From positions 24,738,001-24,802,000 of the forward strand of contig NC_043000.1 in the NCBI RefSeq assembly GCF_006345805.1: 64,000 bases of DNA, read 5' to 3'. Every line of letters starts with the position of its first letter. The stretch's first letter is position 1. Source of the stretch: Octopus sinensis. Its lineage: Eukaryota. Positions 12,333 to 25,056 of this stretch are shown one piece after another. The position numbers and the translations under genes are program-made. Below the pieces are notes generated by a model. The model searched no databases and had not been told where the DNA came from. It saw only the letters and a program-made list of their open reading frames with translations.

Positions 12333-12670
12333 GAGACCCCCTTCAGTCATGAATGACCATGGTATTACACCTACAAAGTTTCCCTCCGAGGCACAAGTCC
12401 GGGCAAGGTTGTTTATGGAAGACCAGTAGTCACCCATGCATACCAGCCTCTCTTCTCCATGCCACTAATGTTATCCAACGCAAAGGCAAAGGGGCCAATA
12501 CAGCTTGGCACAAGTGATGTCGCAACTCATTTCTACAGCTGAGTGAACTGAAGCAACATGAAATAAAGTGTCTTGCTCAAGAATGCAGCACGCAGCCCAG
12601 TCCAGGAATCAAACTCACAACCTCACGATCATAAGCTTGATGCTCTAACCACTGAGCCATGTGCCTTCAC
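12333..12670 (-). mobile_element. tRNA-headed SINE family D (CORE/V-like central region)
   Basis: Minus head gtgaaggcacatggctcagtggttagagcatc...gagtttgattcctgg, then cttgagcaagacactttatttcatgttgcttcagttcactcagctg. A homologous plus-strand copy lies at 41505-41757. Confidence 0.7.
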
Positions 12671-12700
12671 ATATGTATATATATATATATAAATATATAC

Positions 12701-12925
12701 ATAGGGAGAGTTTACGAAAAAAACAAAAGACAAAGACAGGTGGTGTACAAAACAAACAGATGTATTAGTATAATGCTCAGGAATAGAAAAAGTCTTTTAC
12801 GTTTCGAGCCTACGCTCTTCTACAGAAAGGGACACAGAAAAAAACAAGGAGAGAAAAAAATGTGTGTAGTAGCTAACAATCTATCATGGCAACTGACTTC
12901 AGACAGAAGGGTCACACAAGAGAGC
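12701..12925 (-). mobile_element. Penelope-like terminal repeat (family P1)
   Basis: Homologous to 7019-7250 and flanked by (TA)n. Confidence 0.6.
12794..12829 (-). ncRNA. Minimal type I hammerhead-like fold (A6U core variant)
   Basis: Minus strand: cttt-CTGTAGA-a-GAGC gtag GCTC-GAAAC-GT-A-aaag. Stem III is the palindrome ACGT and the cleavage triplet is GUA. Confidence 0.55.
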
Positions 12926-13175
12926 GAATATGTATATATATATACATCAATACATCATCATCATTTAACATCTGTTTCCCATGCTGGCATGGGTTTGATG
13001 GTTTGACAGGAGCTGTTAAGCCAGAGGACTGCACCAAACTCCAATTATATGTTTTGGCATGATTTTTACAGCTGAATGCCCTTTCTAAGGTCAGCTACTT
13101 TAAAGAGTGGATCGGGTGCTTTTTATGTGACACCAGCACTGGTGAGGTCTGTTTTGGCATGGTTTTCATGATATA

Positions 13176-13249
<74 letters not shown>

Positions 13250-13829
13250 AATCCATATAATTAAAGAATTATGTTCTAAAGAGGAGAGAAAGTGGTCCAA
13301 TACACAAGGGATTACATGAGTACAGGTGGACACATATTTCTTTATTACAGAAGATAGAAAATCATATTACTTTGTTTACAGTATTTTATTTCCTAAATTG
13401 CCTCACATTTCAAATCTCTAGCACCAATGAAATAATTCTGTTATTCAGTCAGCTAACTAATTCTTTCCTTTCCTCACCAAAACTCACTGGATATAAAAAG
13501 AAATTGTTTTTCTATGGTGTTACTTTTTTTTCTGCAAAGTTAAAAGCTTCAACATGCTCAAATATAATATATTTTTCATATGTTAGCTTGCAAATACATT
13601 TTCTCTCATTTTATCTTTTCAAATGTAATATATTTGAAAAGATAAAATGAAAGAAAATGTATATGCCAGTTAGCATAGGGAAAATATAATAAATTATGTG
13701 ATATTGGAAATGGATTATTGTCAATATCTACAATTCCATCAGGAATTTTCAACTACAGTTTATAAAATTATAATTTGCTTTAGACTGTTTATATTTAGAG
13801 TGTATATTTACAATATTTACATCCAAGCT

Positions 13830-14345
13830 ATAATAATGAGCTTATTGTACACAGGTGCACTACAACCTGTTGCAAATGAGTGAAAAAAGGGGAGATAATG
13901 CATCAAAGGTCAAAGAAGACAGCACAGGTCACAGGATGAAGCACAAAAAGATAGAAAGGTGAACAATAAAAGAACCATAAAGAGGAGGAAAGAATGATGA
14001 GGACGGTTTATTCCATGCTTTGATTATTCTGTATGTGAGAAAATGTTTCTGAAGGTTGTAGTGACGCCGTTTTGGAAGGCTTCAACACGCATGTGCAGAG
14101 TTGGATTCTTCGGGGAGGCCTGCTGGAAGTTCCCTCATGCGCATGCGCAGAGAACTAGCAGCAGCAAGATTCCCCGCTGCATCGATCTCTCTCGAAGCTG
14201 ACAGCCGAATTAAACGGACACGTTATCACAGCTATCCCAAGCTGCCACCACATGGCAAAGCTACACTATGCTGGAACAAAACAGGATTTGGTTCACACCA
14301 CTTAACTACAGCGACTAGCTCCAAGGCTACAAGTTTGCCCTGAAG
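13830..14345 (-). mobile_element. CR1/L2-type 3' end fused to a non-coding, GC-richer 5' segment
   Basis: Minus strand encodes KRRHYNLQKHFLTYRIIKAWNK (CR1/L2 C-terminal motif) and ends gttgtagtgcacctgtgtacaataagctcattattat, like the terminus at 29755-29803. Confidence 0.6.
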
Positions 14346-14354
14346 GAAATATAT

Positions 14355-14400
<46 letters not shown>

Positions 14401-14934
14401 CAAATCTAGAAAAAATAAAAAGATTTATGCTGTTTGAAAATATTCGAAGTCTTGGTTTTTCCTTCGATGAATAATTTAATGTAAGGGATGAAACCTGCAC
14501 CCCTCAAATGCTACAGACCTTTCATCCTGTTACAAGGTCATGGGTGCTGCACTGCTTTTTGGTTTTATATCTGCATTCATAAGTGGTAGAGGTTTTGAAT
14601 TCAGGATTTCTATCCAATCAAATGCTAGACATTGTAAAAATCCACATGTTTAAATCAATGTGATTTCTAATAATCACCAAATATTCATAAAATTAGCCGT
14701 AGTTCTTCAGATAAAGTATGTTTGTTTAGCAGTTCTAAGTAAACTTTTTAGACGTACACATTCTGCTAGATGACAAGTATAAATGACATCAGAACATAAT
14801 AAACATAATATTAAAACACATGGTAGAATTACTAGAGATTGCTACTTAAGGGGAGAGAATTGCTTCTAAGTTTATTTTCCGTATGTTGAGAAATTATCAT
14901 CAAAGAGTGAAAAGTGCATATATATATATATTAA

Positions 14935-15386
14935 CCTTTTTGATACCAACTTGGCTGAAACCACCTTTGGCTCTGTAGTACAAATGTCTTGTTTTCAAAA
15001 GTTTTGAATTAAAATCTTCCACCAAACCTTAGTCACACTTTATGTTTCTAACACTAGTTTAATGATAACTAAGTTATTTTACTAAATTCTTTGTTATATT
15101 TAAAATTAATTAAAAGAAACACAGAGCATCTCACCAGAAATACGGTAACAAAAGGCTTAACATATGATTAATCTAATCCTTTTGATACCAACCTGGCTGA
15201 AACTACCTCTGGCTCTGTAGAACAAATGTCTCGTTTTCAAAAGTTCTGAATTAAAATCTTCCACCAAACCTTAGTCACAATTTATGTTCCTAACATTAGC
15301 TTAATGGTAACTAAGTTATTTTACTAAATTTAAAATTAATTGAAAGAAACACGGAGCATCTCAACAGAAATATGGTAACAAAAGGG
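14935..15386. mobile_element. Dimer of the same piggyBac-type MITE
   Basis: Units at 14935-15156 and 15177-15386, with TTAA at 14931-14934 and 15387-15390 and an internal spacer ttaa-catatgattaat-ctaa. Confidence 0.8.
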
Positions 15387-15854
15387 TTAAAACAATTATG
15401 TTGGATAATGTAGTTCTTCCCCAACAAATGAGATCCAGTAAACATGACCATCTATTAAACTGAAGATTTATCCTAGTTTCTTGCAGCAATTGGCCAATGT
15501 AACTCTCAGAATCATTAGTGTATCTGACAAAATACGTGACAGCATTACTTCTCACTCTTTACATTCTGAGTTCAAATTCCACTAAGGTCAACTTGGCCTT
15601 TTATTCTTTTAGGGTTGATAAAATAAAGTTGATTTTCTTAAAGCAAACGTGAAAGGATAATATATGAACTCATGTAAAAATTATGTTGCTGTTGAAAAAT
15701 CAACTTTAATACAGGTAAAACCTTGTGTATTTGTTATGAAATCAAAATCTTTTTTTGGGTGCCATGTCCAGAAAGTAAGAGATAGGCAATCATGTTTTGT
15801 CACAAATCTCTGTTCTTTGTTTTCTGTAACAGTTCCTCTTCCTGATGTTTAATG

Positions 15855-16200
15855 TTTATTCCTTCCAACCAATTCCTCAAAGCTTGACATTCATATCATC
15901 CTTCTCTTTCCTCTCTTTCTTCTCCCTTCAGTCTTTCCAATCATCGCTAAATTCTCCAAACCCTCTTTTGCTCATCACATGACCAAGAAATCTCAGTTGC
16001 TTGGCCCTTATCTCACAGAGCAGTTTCCTATTTATCGCAGCCCAGATTATCACTTCATCATTAGATACTTTGTTTGTCCATGCTATCCTCAATATTCTCC
16101 TTAACAACCACATTTCACAGCTCCCCAGGTACCTTCCCATCCCTGATGTTATAGACCATGCCTCACTTCCATACATTAACACATGGTAGACATAATTATG
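15855..16200 (-). pseudogene. RTE-clade LINE ORF2 C-terminal fragment
   Basis: YHVLMYGSEAWSIT...CEMWLLRRILRIAWTNKVSNDEV...IRAKQLRFLGHVM, then IGKTEGRRKRGKRR in another frame. Confidence 0.8.
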
Positions 16201-16748
16201 GTCTTGATGCTCAGAGATCAAAAACTTTACATGGTAAGAAATGAAATAGTGCTGTCGATAAATGATATTCTAATGGTAAGATGGTAGGACATTTTGTAAA
16301 GGTGTGTTAGGAACTAATAATTTTAGTCAAATACACAAGTCAATACATCAGAGTTATCTATTTTCATTATTCATTCCTAATCATTTAACATCTACCTTTT
16401 CCATGCTTGCATGGGTCAGATGGAATTTGTTGAGGTAGATTTTCTATAGCTGGATGCTCTTCCTATCACTAACCCTCACCTGTTTCTAGACAAGGTAATA
16501 TTTCCCCATGGCTGGACATGTTTTTCATAGAAGATTGCAAGCAAACAACACCACTTGTGTGATGGTGATGCTCATTTACAACCCTAATGAATATCAAAGT
16601 AGACACACATCTTTCAGTTTCTGTCTATCAAATGCACTTCCAAAGACTTTGTTGATTTGGGTCTATAGTAGAAGATAGCTGCTCAAGATGCTACAGAGTG
16701 GGTTTGAACCTGAGGCTACATGGTTCAGAAGCAAATTTTTCAACCACA

Positions 16749-17232
16749 GAGGCAATGACGAAAGACTGAGACCTCTGGAGATATGCTGTGACTGCAAAGA
16801 CCCGACAAATAATGTGAGTTCATGGCTGTTTCCTGCACCAGCTTCACATAGAAGCCCCAGCCCATCCAAAGTGCCTTGGATCGCAGGATGGCCTGCTGTG
16901 CTTGAGGAGACCTATTGAGTCAAGTACATCAACATCAAAAAAAAAAAAAAATTAAATGGAAATTGTAGTTGTGATACCTGTGCCGGTGGCACGTAAAAAG
17001 CACCAACCAATCGTGGCCATTGTTAGCCTCCCCTGGCACCTGCTTGGTGGCACATAAAAAGCACCCACTACACTCTCGGAGTGGTTGGCATTAGGAAGGG
17101 CATCCAGCTGTAGAAACACTGCCAGATTAGACTGAAGCCTGGTGCAGCCTCCTGGCTTCCCAGACCCCGGTCGAACCATCCAACCCATACTAGAATGGAA
17201 AACGGACGTTAAACGATGATGATGATGATGAT
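16749..17232 (+). mobile_element. 5'-truncated RTE LINE: last ORF2 codons, complete 3'UTR and (GAT)n tail
   Basis: gaggcaatgacgaaagactgagacctctggagatatgctgtgactgcaaagacccgac aligns with 63925-63985. The copy ends ggaaaacggacgttaaac(gat)n. Confidence 0.8.
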
Positions 17233-17736
17233 ACCCATACCTGTGCCTATGTTAGTAATTGATTTTGGTTTTGCAATATCAAGTGACAACCAATGCCAAG
17301 ATTCTGCTGGTTGTATAAGTTGGCCAATCGTAATTCTAAAACCAATGAATATTCAATATGTTGAAGACATGTCAAATATATCATTAAATTTCAGATCAAT
17401 GCATGCAACAGGAGTAATCAAAGGCAGGAGTTCACCTTTCAAATTCTAATTTGAAGCAACTGGGACTGCAATAATGCAGGAATTATCAAGCTAGTAGAAT
17501 CAGATGTTTTATGGACAAAAGGAAATGCTTTCTTCAACGCTAGCAACTGTTTTCCAAATTAAGCTCAGCTTGTTTCCAACAATAAATCATAATTTTGAAG
17601 TGATTTTGAGTATGATTTCTCACCAAGCATATTTTAGTGTATCTTGGGAGGATCATTATGCTGATAATAAATACATGCACTGGTTCTATTTCACTTCTTT
17701 CATTATTCATCGTGAAATCGAAATCGATCAAAAAAT

Positions 17737-18073
17737 CAATGGAAATTGTACTTGTGATACCTGTGCCAGTGGAACGTAAAAAGCACCATCTGAACGTGGC
17801 CGTTGCCTGCCTCGACTGGCTTCCTTGCCGGTGGCACGTAAAAAGCACCAACCAATCGTAACCATTGCCAGCCTCGCCTGGCACCTGTGCCGGTGGCATG
17901 TAAAAAGCACCCACTACACTCACGGAGTGGTTGGCGATAGGAAGGACATCCAGCTGTAGAAACACTGCCAGACCAGACTGGAGCCTGGTGCAGCCTCCTG
18001 GCTTCCCAGACCCCGGTCGAACCATCCAACCCATGCCAGCATGGAAAACAGACGTTAATCGATGATGATGATG
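17737..18073 (+). mobile_element. RTE-LINE 3'UTR copy
   Basis: Same 3'UTR with three gtggcacgtaaaaagcacc subrepeats and a (GAT)n tail. Confidence 0.8.
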
Positions 18074-18496
18074 ATTATAGCTATCTAACCAAATGACTAA
18101 TCAATTATTTGATTAATCAATCAATTGCTTATGTTTCTTAAAATCTTTTCGTCACCATTTGCAAACTCATCAATGACATGCTCTCTCAACTCCTGGTTAA
18201 TTAGCTAACCAATTAATAATTAATAACAAAAGAGGTGAAATAGAACCAGTGTGTGTTTATTATTGGCAAGATACAACTAAATACATTACAACACTTGAGT
18301 TCCCATCAAGGATCTTGCAAACCAGGTTAAGTACAAAAATGAAATATTCTTACCAAGCACTGCATAACAAATGTTTAGAAATCAAAAGCCATTCACTATT
18401 GCTATTAAAAGCAATCGCTAAATGCATCCATTTACAGTGCCAAACCAAAAATTCCACAAAGATGTTTGCCAAAATGATACTGCTGATAATAACAGT

Positions 18497-18925
18497 TTTT
18501 GACATATCTTTGCAAAACTTCCAATCATCTTACAATATTTTGAAGAATACTTTATGTTCTGAGTTCAAATTCCACCGAGGTTGACTTTGCCTTTCATTCA
18601 TTTGGGATTGATAAATTAAGTACCAGTTGCATACTGGGTCAATCTAATTGAATGGCCCCTCCCTCAAAATTTCAGGTCTTGTGCCTAGTGCAGAAAAGAA
18701 TATTAATTTTTGATATGTCTTTGCAAAATTTCCAATCATCTTACAATATTTTGGAGGCTGTCTTAACGTTCTGAGTTCAAATTCCACTGTGGTCGGTTTT
18801 TTCTTTCATTCTTTCAGGGTCAATAAATTAAGTACCAGTTACATACTGGGGTCGACCTAATCAATTGGCCCCCTCCCCCAAAATTTCAGACCTTATTCCT
18901 AGAGTAGAAAAGAATATTTTGAAGG
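18497..18925 (+). repeat. ~210-bp tandem duplication containing a family B SINE fragment
   Basis: ttttgacatatctttgcaaaacttccaatcatcttacaatatttt occurs at 18497 and again at about 18708, each followed by gttctgagttcaaattccac...agaaaagaatatt. Confidence 0.75.
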
Positions 18926-19339
18926 CTGTTATTATACACTAGACAAAGCAAAATATCACCTAGGGTTCTAAAATCTGGGGGTGCCACACAAATTCTGAAC
19001 AAGTAAAACAATTTTCTAATCCAACAAAAAATACAAAATAATATGTAAAGCTATCTTCGACTTCCCTGCTTTTTTTCACGTAATTTTAGGCTGCTATATT
19101 TAGCTATTATGAACTGGCTGCCATATCTCCAAGATTTAATAGAAATGAATCTATTTTTGAGTGAGAGTAAATGCATTTCGACTGACCATCCTGATTTTTT
19201 TGTATAAGTGGGACTATATTGTCCAGTGTGTCTTGATTATTGAAGATAGTAGCATAAGATTTGAAAGACATGACCTGCTATTTCTAACATATTAAGTGAT
19301 TCTATAGTGCTTCCTTTGTTGGCTCCAAGATATGTTTGT

Positions 19340-19586
19340 TCTTTCTCAAGCCATACTTGGCTCAAGGGCCGGTTTCCTGGTTTCCTTGGCATATAGGTTC
19401 CCCATCTGGACGGAATGCTGGTCTGTCACAGGTGAGCTGCAAGATGCAGGAGGAAAGAGTGAGAGAAAGTTGTGGTGAAAGAGTCAACAGAAGTTCGCCA
19501 TTACCTTCCGCTCGGTCTGAGATTCGAACCCACGATCCATCGACCGCGAGTCCGCTGCTCTAATCACTAGGCCATGTGTCTCCACC
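19340..19586 (-). mobile_element. tRNA-headed SINE family R, tail variant 1
   Basis: Minus head gtggagacacatggcctagtgattagagcagcggactcgcggtcgatggatcgtgggttcgaatc, shared with 51803 and 54336. Confidence 0.7.
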
Positions 19587-19884
19587 CAATATATGTAGTT
19601 ACTGATTAAATCAACTGCATGCTTCTCATCCCAAATTTATGGTACTGAATCAAGGTTATAAACCAAAACCCATTATTACTACTAGTCAGAGAAAGGGAAT
19701 TGAAGAGGGCTCTTGCCCTTGGTGTTCAGGGAGACCTTGGACAGTGAGGTTTCTTGATTATCCCGAGAGGTCATCTTGTATCAGGAGGACTACATCTCTA
19801 TCACCCCTGCCCTTTTTTTTTTGTTAATCTTTGTATATTATATTTTCCTTCATTTTCACAGTATACTGTGTATATTTACCTTAT

Positions 19885-20278
19885 TCTTTTATTTCTTTCA
19901 TTCATTTGACTGTGGCCATGCTGGAGCACCACCGTTAGTCAAATCGGATCCAGGACTTATTCTTTGTAAGCCTAGTACTTAGTCTATCAGTCTCTTTTGC
20001 TGAACTGCTAACTTAGGGGGATGGAAACACACCAGCATCAGCTGTCAAGTGATGTTGGAGGGACAAACACAGACACATAAACATATACATATGCATATAT
20101 ATATACAATGGGCTTCTTTCAGTTTCCATTTACCAAATACACTCACAAGGCTTTGGTTGGCCTGAGGCTATATAGTAGAAGACACTTGCTCAAGGTGCCA
20201 CGCAGTGGGACTGAACCTGGAACCATGTAATTGGTAAGCAAGCTACTTACCACACAGCCACTCCTGCACCTTTGCTTG
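19885..20278 (-). mobile_element. SINE family A, full length
   Basis: Reverse complement of the 41773-42181 consensus. Confidence 0.8.
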
Positions 20279-20446
20279 TTACCTTTTTGTTATTTATTTA
20301 TATTATCATTCCATTATATGTAACCCCCACCACCACTTTGTTTTGTATTGTCCCCCTCATCCTTCACCCTTGTGGCAAATAAATGAAATCATAATCATCA
20401 CCAGTGCCATCATCATCATCATCATCATCATCATTATTATTATTAT

Positions 20447-20963
20447 TGAGTGAGAGAGCAGTGCATGCCATCAAATTGACACTGGGGTAAAATATACGAA
20501 GCCCAGTATACCTGTCATGATAAAGGTACACTAGGCACATGCATCACAACCATATGTGCGCGACATGGTGATCTCATATCAAGATAAACAGCACATGACC
20601 TTGCAGGTGGGGCCCAGTTAGAATTTTCTTATGGTCCCAGAATAAGGGTTGTTTAAGGATGTTGAATGAACCACCCATGTTTCCAAAGGTGAATTCTTCA
20701 AACCTCAAAGAATTCCTCTCAACACACAGCTATGATGTTCCCCCACTACTTCTGCTCGTGTTCAGAGATGCACATATCATCAGCCACTAAGGGACATACT
20801 CAACTGGTTAAGGTCAAACAACTGACAAGCAGATCTGTGGTATTGAGCAGAATATTTGCTGTAGCCCATCTTTTATACCGAGACTAAACAATGTACATGA
20901 TAACACTTCCAATCAGTTAAGATCAGGAGCCATGAGAGCCACTGCCTGGTACTGCATCAGGGC
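20447..20963. mobile_element. Unclassified ~515-bp element embedded in a (TAT)n tract
   Basis: Complex non-coding sequence bounded by attattattatt on the left and ttattattattt on the right. No ORF or TIR recognised. Confidence 0.4.
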
Positions 20964-21284
20964 ATTTTTATTATTATTTATTGCAACTGCCATCAATTAA
21001 AAAAGAAAACTCCAAACTATCTGGTAGTGATATCAGTAACTGCCATAGAAAATTTTGAAGAATAATAAATTGAGTGAATAAATAATTAAACAAAAAAGAA
21101 AAAAACAAATGTAAGCGATGATATTGATTTAATTGAAATCTGATTTTAATTTAGTCGCTCTTGACTATACCAACATTAATTAATCAAATGTCAATAAGCA
21201 TTTAATTGATAAAGGGGGGGGGTACTGAGGAAAATCCCATAGTATACACACATTCACCAGATCTCCTTTTCCTCCTCCTCCTTA

Positions 21285-21315
<31 letters not shown>

Positions 21316-21404
21316 CATCATCATTATCCACCAATCAGATGAGCAGTCTTCATTTCATCACTGAAAAGAGTCAACTAGAAATGTCACTGGACATCTCTGG
21401 CCTA

Positions 21405-21451
<47 letters not shown>

Positions 21452-21802
21452 CATCATAATTGTTATTATTATTATTATTATTATTACTGCTGCTACTTCT
21501 TGTATATATTTTAGTCCGTTGTTTTGTTAAGATTCTAGTTTGATAAAAGAAGGGGAAAAGAAGAAATGCCTCTTGGTAGAGGCCCTGGAATAACACCATG
21601 ATTATTAAATCTATTGATCCGTATTTTCTGCACAGCAGAGTTTTATTAACTTAGTTCAGAATCATGTGATTACAGAACATTGACATGGCTTGATTAAGAG
21701 GTTAACATGTGATGGCTGAAATGGCATTAGCAGCAAAGAACTGGAGCTACAAGAGGGCAATGTTATTAAGTTCAAAGGGATGACAATCATATCAATATAA
21801 TT

Positions 21803-22116
21803 TTTATATATATATATATAATATATATATATATATAATATATATATATATATATGTATATATATGTATGTGTGTATATATATATGTATGTATGTATGTG
21901 TGTATATATATATGTATGTATGTGTGTGTATATATATATGTATGTATGTATATGTATATATATGTATGTGTGTGTATATATATGTATGTATGTATGTATA
22001 TATATATATATGTATGTATGTATGTATATTATATATATATATGTATGTATGTATATATATGTGTATGTATGTATATATATATGTATGTATGTATATATAT
22101 ATGTGTATGTATGTAT

Positions 22117-22169
<53 letters not shown>

Positions 22170-22186
22170 GTATGTATATATATATG

Positions 22187-22247
<61 letters not shown>

Positions 22248-22276
22248 CAGTATATATATATATGTATGTGTATATG

Positions 22277-22309
<33 letters not shown>

Positions 22310-22323
22310 GTGTATGTACATAT
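21803..22323. repeat. Compound (TA)n/(TATG)n microsatellite
   Basis: Directly visible. It accounts for the YI/YV-repeat ORFs. Confidence 0.95.
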
Positions 22324-22964
22324 ACATCTCATTATTATCACCTTTAACGTCTGTTTTCTGTGCTGGCATGGGTTGGACGATTTGACAGGAACTGGTGGCT
22401 ACAGTCAGTCTATTGAGATCTTTTCCAATACATTTTTAGACAGTGTGATTTGGTGAAAAATTTAGCTGTTAATTTTAGCAAGTTCAAAAGGCCTCCTCAT
22501 CAGTATAATGACAACAGTTGTACAGTGGTGCAATGACCATAGTTTAGTGATGGTGGAGGTGGTGGTGATGGGGCAGTGATGGTGGTGTTGGTGGTGATGA
22601 TGTGACAATGTATAGTGACATCTGTGGTGATGTGATACTACCATGTGGTACGATTATGGGAGATGCAAGATAACTGTGATTGTGTGTTGACCCCTATGGT
22701 ATTGTGGTGGCCTGATGTCACGATGACATAATGTGCAGCCTGATAATTGTGATAGTATGATGTTTAAATTGATAAGATGGATAATGTGAATGTTAGCAGA
22801 GTTAATTAACTCCAATTAGCAGTGACTAAGAAAACTCATGGCATATGAATTGCTAATGAAATACTGATAAACATAGTCTCTACATAAAGAGCATTCCATG
22901 CATCAGTATGGTGTGGACTACATTAACCATTTTGTTAGATGTTTGCTAATATATGAATCATCAC

Positions 22965-24455
22965 CATCATCATCACCATCATTTAACGTTCGTTTTCCAT
23001 GCTCGCATGGGTTGGACGATTTGACTGAGGACTGGCGAATCAGATGGCTGCACCAGGCTCCAATCTGATCTGGCAGAGTTTCTACAGCTGGATGCCCTTC
23101 TTAATGCCAACCACTCTGAGAGTGTAGTGGGTGCTTTTAAGTGCCACCAGCACGAGGGCCAGTCTGGCAGTATTGGCAACGGCCACGCTCAAATGGTGTT
23201 TTTTACGTGCCACCTGCACAGGAGTCAGTCCAGCGACATTGGCAATGACCTCGCTCGAAAGTTTTGTTCACGTGCATTATCATTATTATTTTATGTCCAT
23301 GTTCCATGCTGGCATGGGTGGGATGGTTTAACAGGATCTGACTGATCCAAACAACGGCACCATGTTTCAGTGTTTGCTTTGGCATGGTTGCTATATCAGG
23401 ATGCCCTTCCTAGGGCAACCACTACCTGTCTTCAAGCAAAATAATATTTTCCCCTATTTCAGACAAGTTTTTACATGGAAGACTCCAATCAAAGATCAGT
23501 GCTTATCTGACAGTGAACTTTGGTTACCCTAATCACTTCAAGCCAAAATAAAGAGATACCCCAACTCCTGCAACACACACACACATAAAGGGTTTCTTTT
23601 TCAATCTCCATCAACTGAAATCACTTACAAGGCATTGGTCAGGCCAGGGCTATAATAGAAGACAGTTGTCCTAGGTACCATGCAGTGAGACTGAACCTGA
23701 ATCCATGTGGTTGTGAAATAAACTGCTTATCTAGTCTTGCATATCATCATCATCATCATTGTCGTTGTTTAACATCTGTTTTCCATGCTGGCATGGGTTG
23801 GACGGTTTGACTGAGGGCTAGCAAGCCAGAAGACAGCACCAGGCTCCAAACTGATCTGGTAGAGTTTCTACAGCTGGATGCCCTTCCTAATGCCAACCAC
23901 TCCGAGAGTGTAGTGGGTGATTTTTATGTGCCACCAGCATGAGAGCCAATCAGGTGGTATTGGCATTGACCACACTTGAATGGTACTTTTTACATGTTAC
24001 CAGCATGATATATATATATATATATATATATATATCATCCTCATTTAGCGTCTGTTTTTCCATGCTGGCATGGGTTGGACAGTTTAACCAGAACTGGCAA
24101 GCTGGTGGTGGGGCTGCACCAAGGTTCCAATCTCTACGGTCGAATGCTCTTCCTAACACCAACCACTATACACAGTGTGATACGTACGTATGTACATACA
24201 TACATACATACATTTGGCAATTTATTGCGCTTGAGAAGACACATAAAGCTAAGTGAAATCATGGTCATGGCCAGTGCTGGTGACATATAAAAGGCACCCA
24301 TTACATTCTTGGAGTGGTTGGCATTAGGAAGAGCATCTAGACATAGAAACTAAGCCAAACTAGACTTGAATCTGATGCAGCTATCTGGCCTGCCAGTTCC
24401 AGTCAAATCGTCTAACCCATGCCAGCATAGTAAATGCTGAATGATGAGGATGATG
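22965..24455. mobile_element. Cluster of RTE 3'UTR fragments in both orientations plus a SINE A head
   Basis: (CAT)n-ttaacgt..ttttccatgc starts at about 22980, 23300, 23765 and 24040 (minus), with a plus-oriented copy at about 24260-24455 and a SINE A head at about 23590-23730. Confidence 0.65.
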
Positions 24456-24472
24456 ATCACACACACACATAA

Positions 24473-24700
24473 GGTGGTGAGCTGGCAGAAACGTTAGTGC
24501 ACTGGGCGAAATGCTTAGCGGTATTTTGTCTGCTGCTACATTCCGAGTTCAAATTCCACTGAGGTCGACTTTGCCTTTCATCTGTTCGGGGTCGATTAAA
24601 TAAGTACCAGTTACTGGGGTCGATATAATAGACTTAATCCGTTTGTCTGTCCTTGTTTGTCCCCTCCGTGTTTAGCCCCTTGTGGGTAGTAAAAAAAATA
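24473..24700 (+). mobile_element. Family B SINE (tail type 2)
   Basis: ggtggtgagctggcagaaacgttag...gagttcaaattcc...tttagccccttgtgggtagtaaaaaaa. Confidence 0.8.
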
Positions 24701-24903
24701 GATCACACACACATGTAAAGAGAGCTGAGTAATTTGTGAATATATACAAAATTATTTTACAAATGTAATGCTTTAGATGTCTGTAATATTTGATTTTAGA
24801 AGTTCCACTGACTTCTAACACTGCTTCTCATCCTTCAGGATTTGACCTCAGAATGTAGAGGAATGTAATAACAAGTAAAATCAACAAGAAAACAGTGATA
24901 TTA

Positions 24904-25056
<153 letters not shown>

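Noticed and set aside
21662-22456. Long YI/YV/HT-rich ORFs (also at 45855-46361)
   Set aside because: These are translations of (TA)n/(TATG)n microsatellites.
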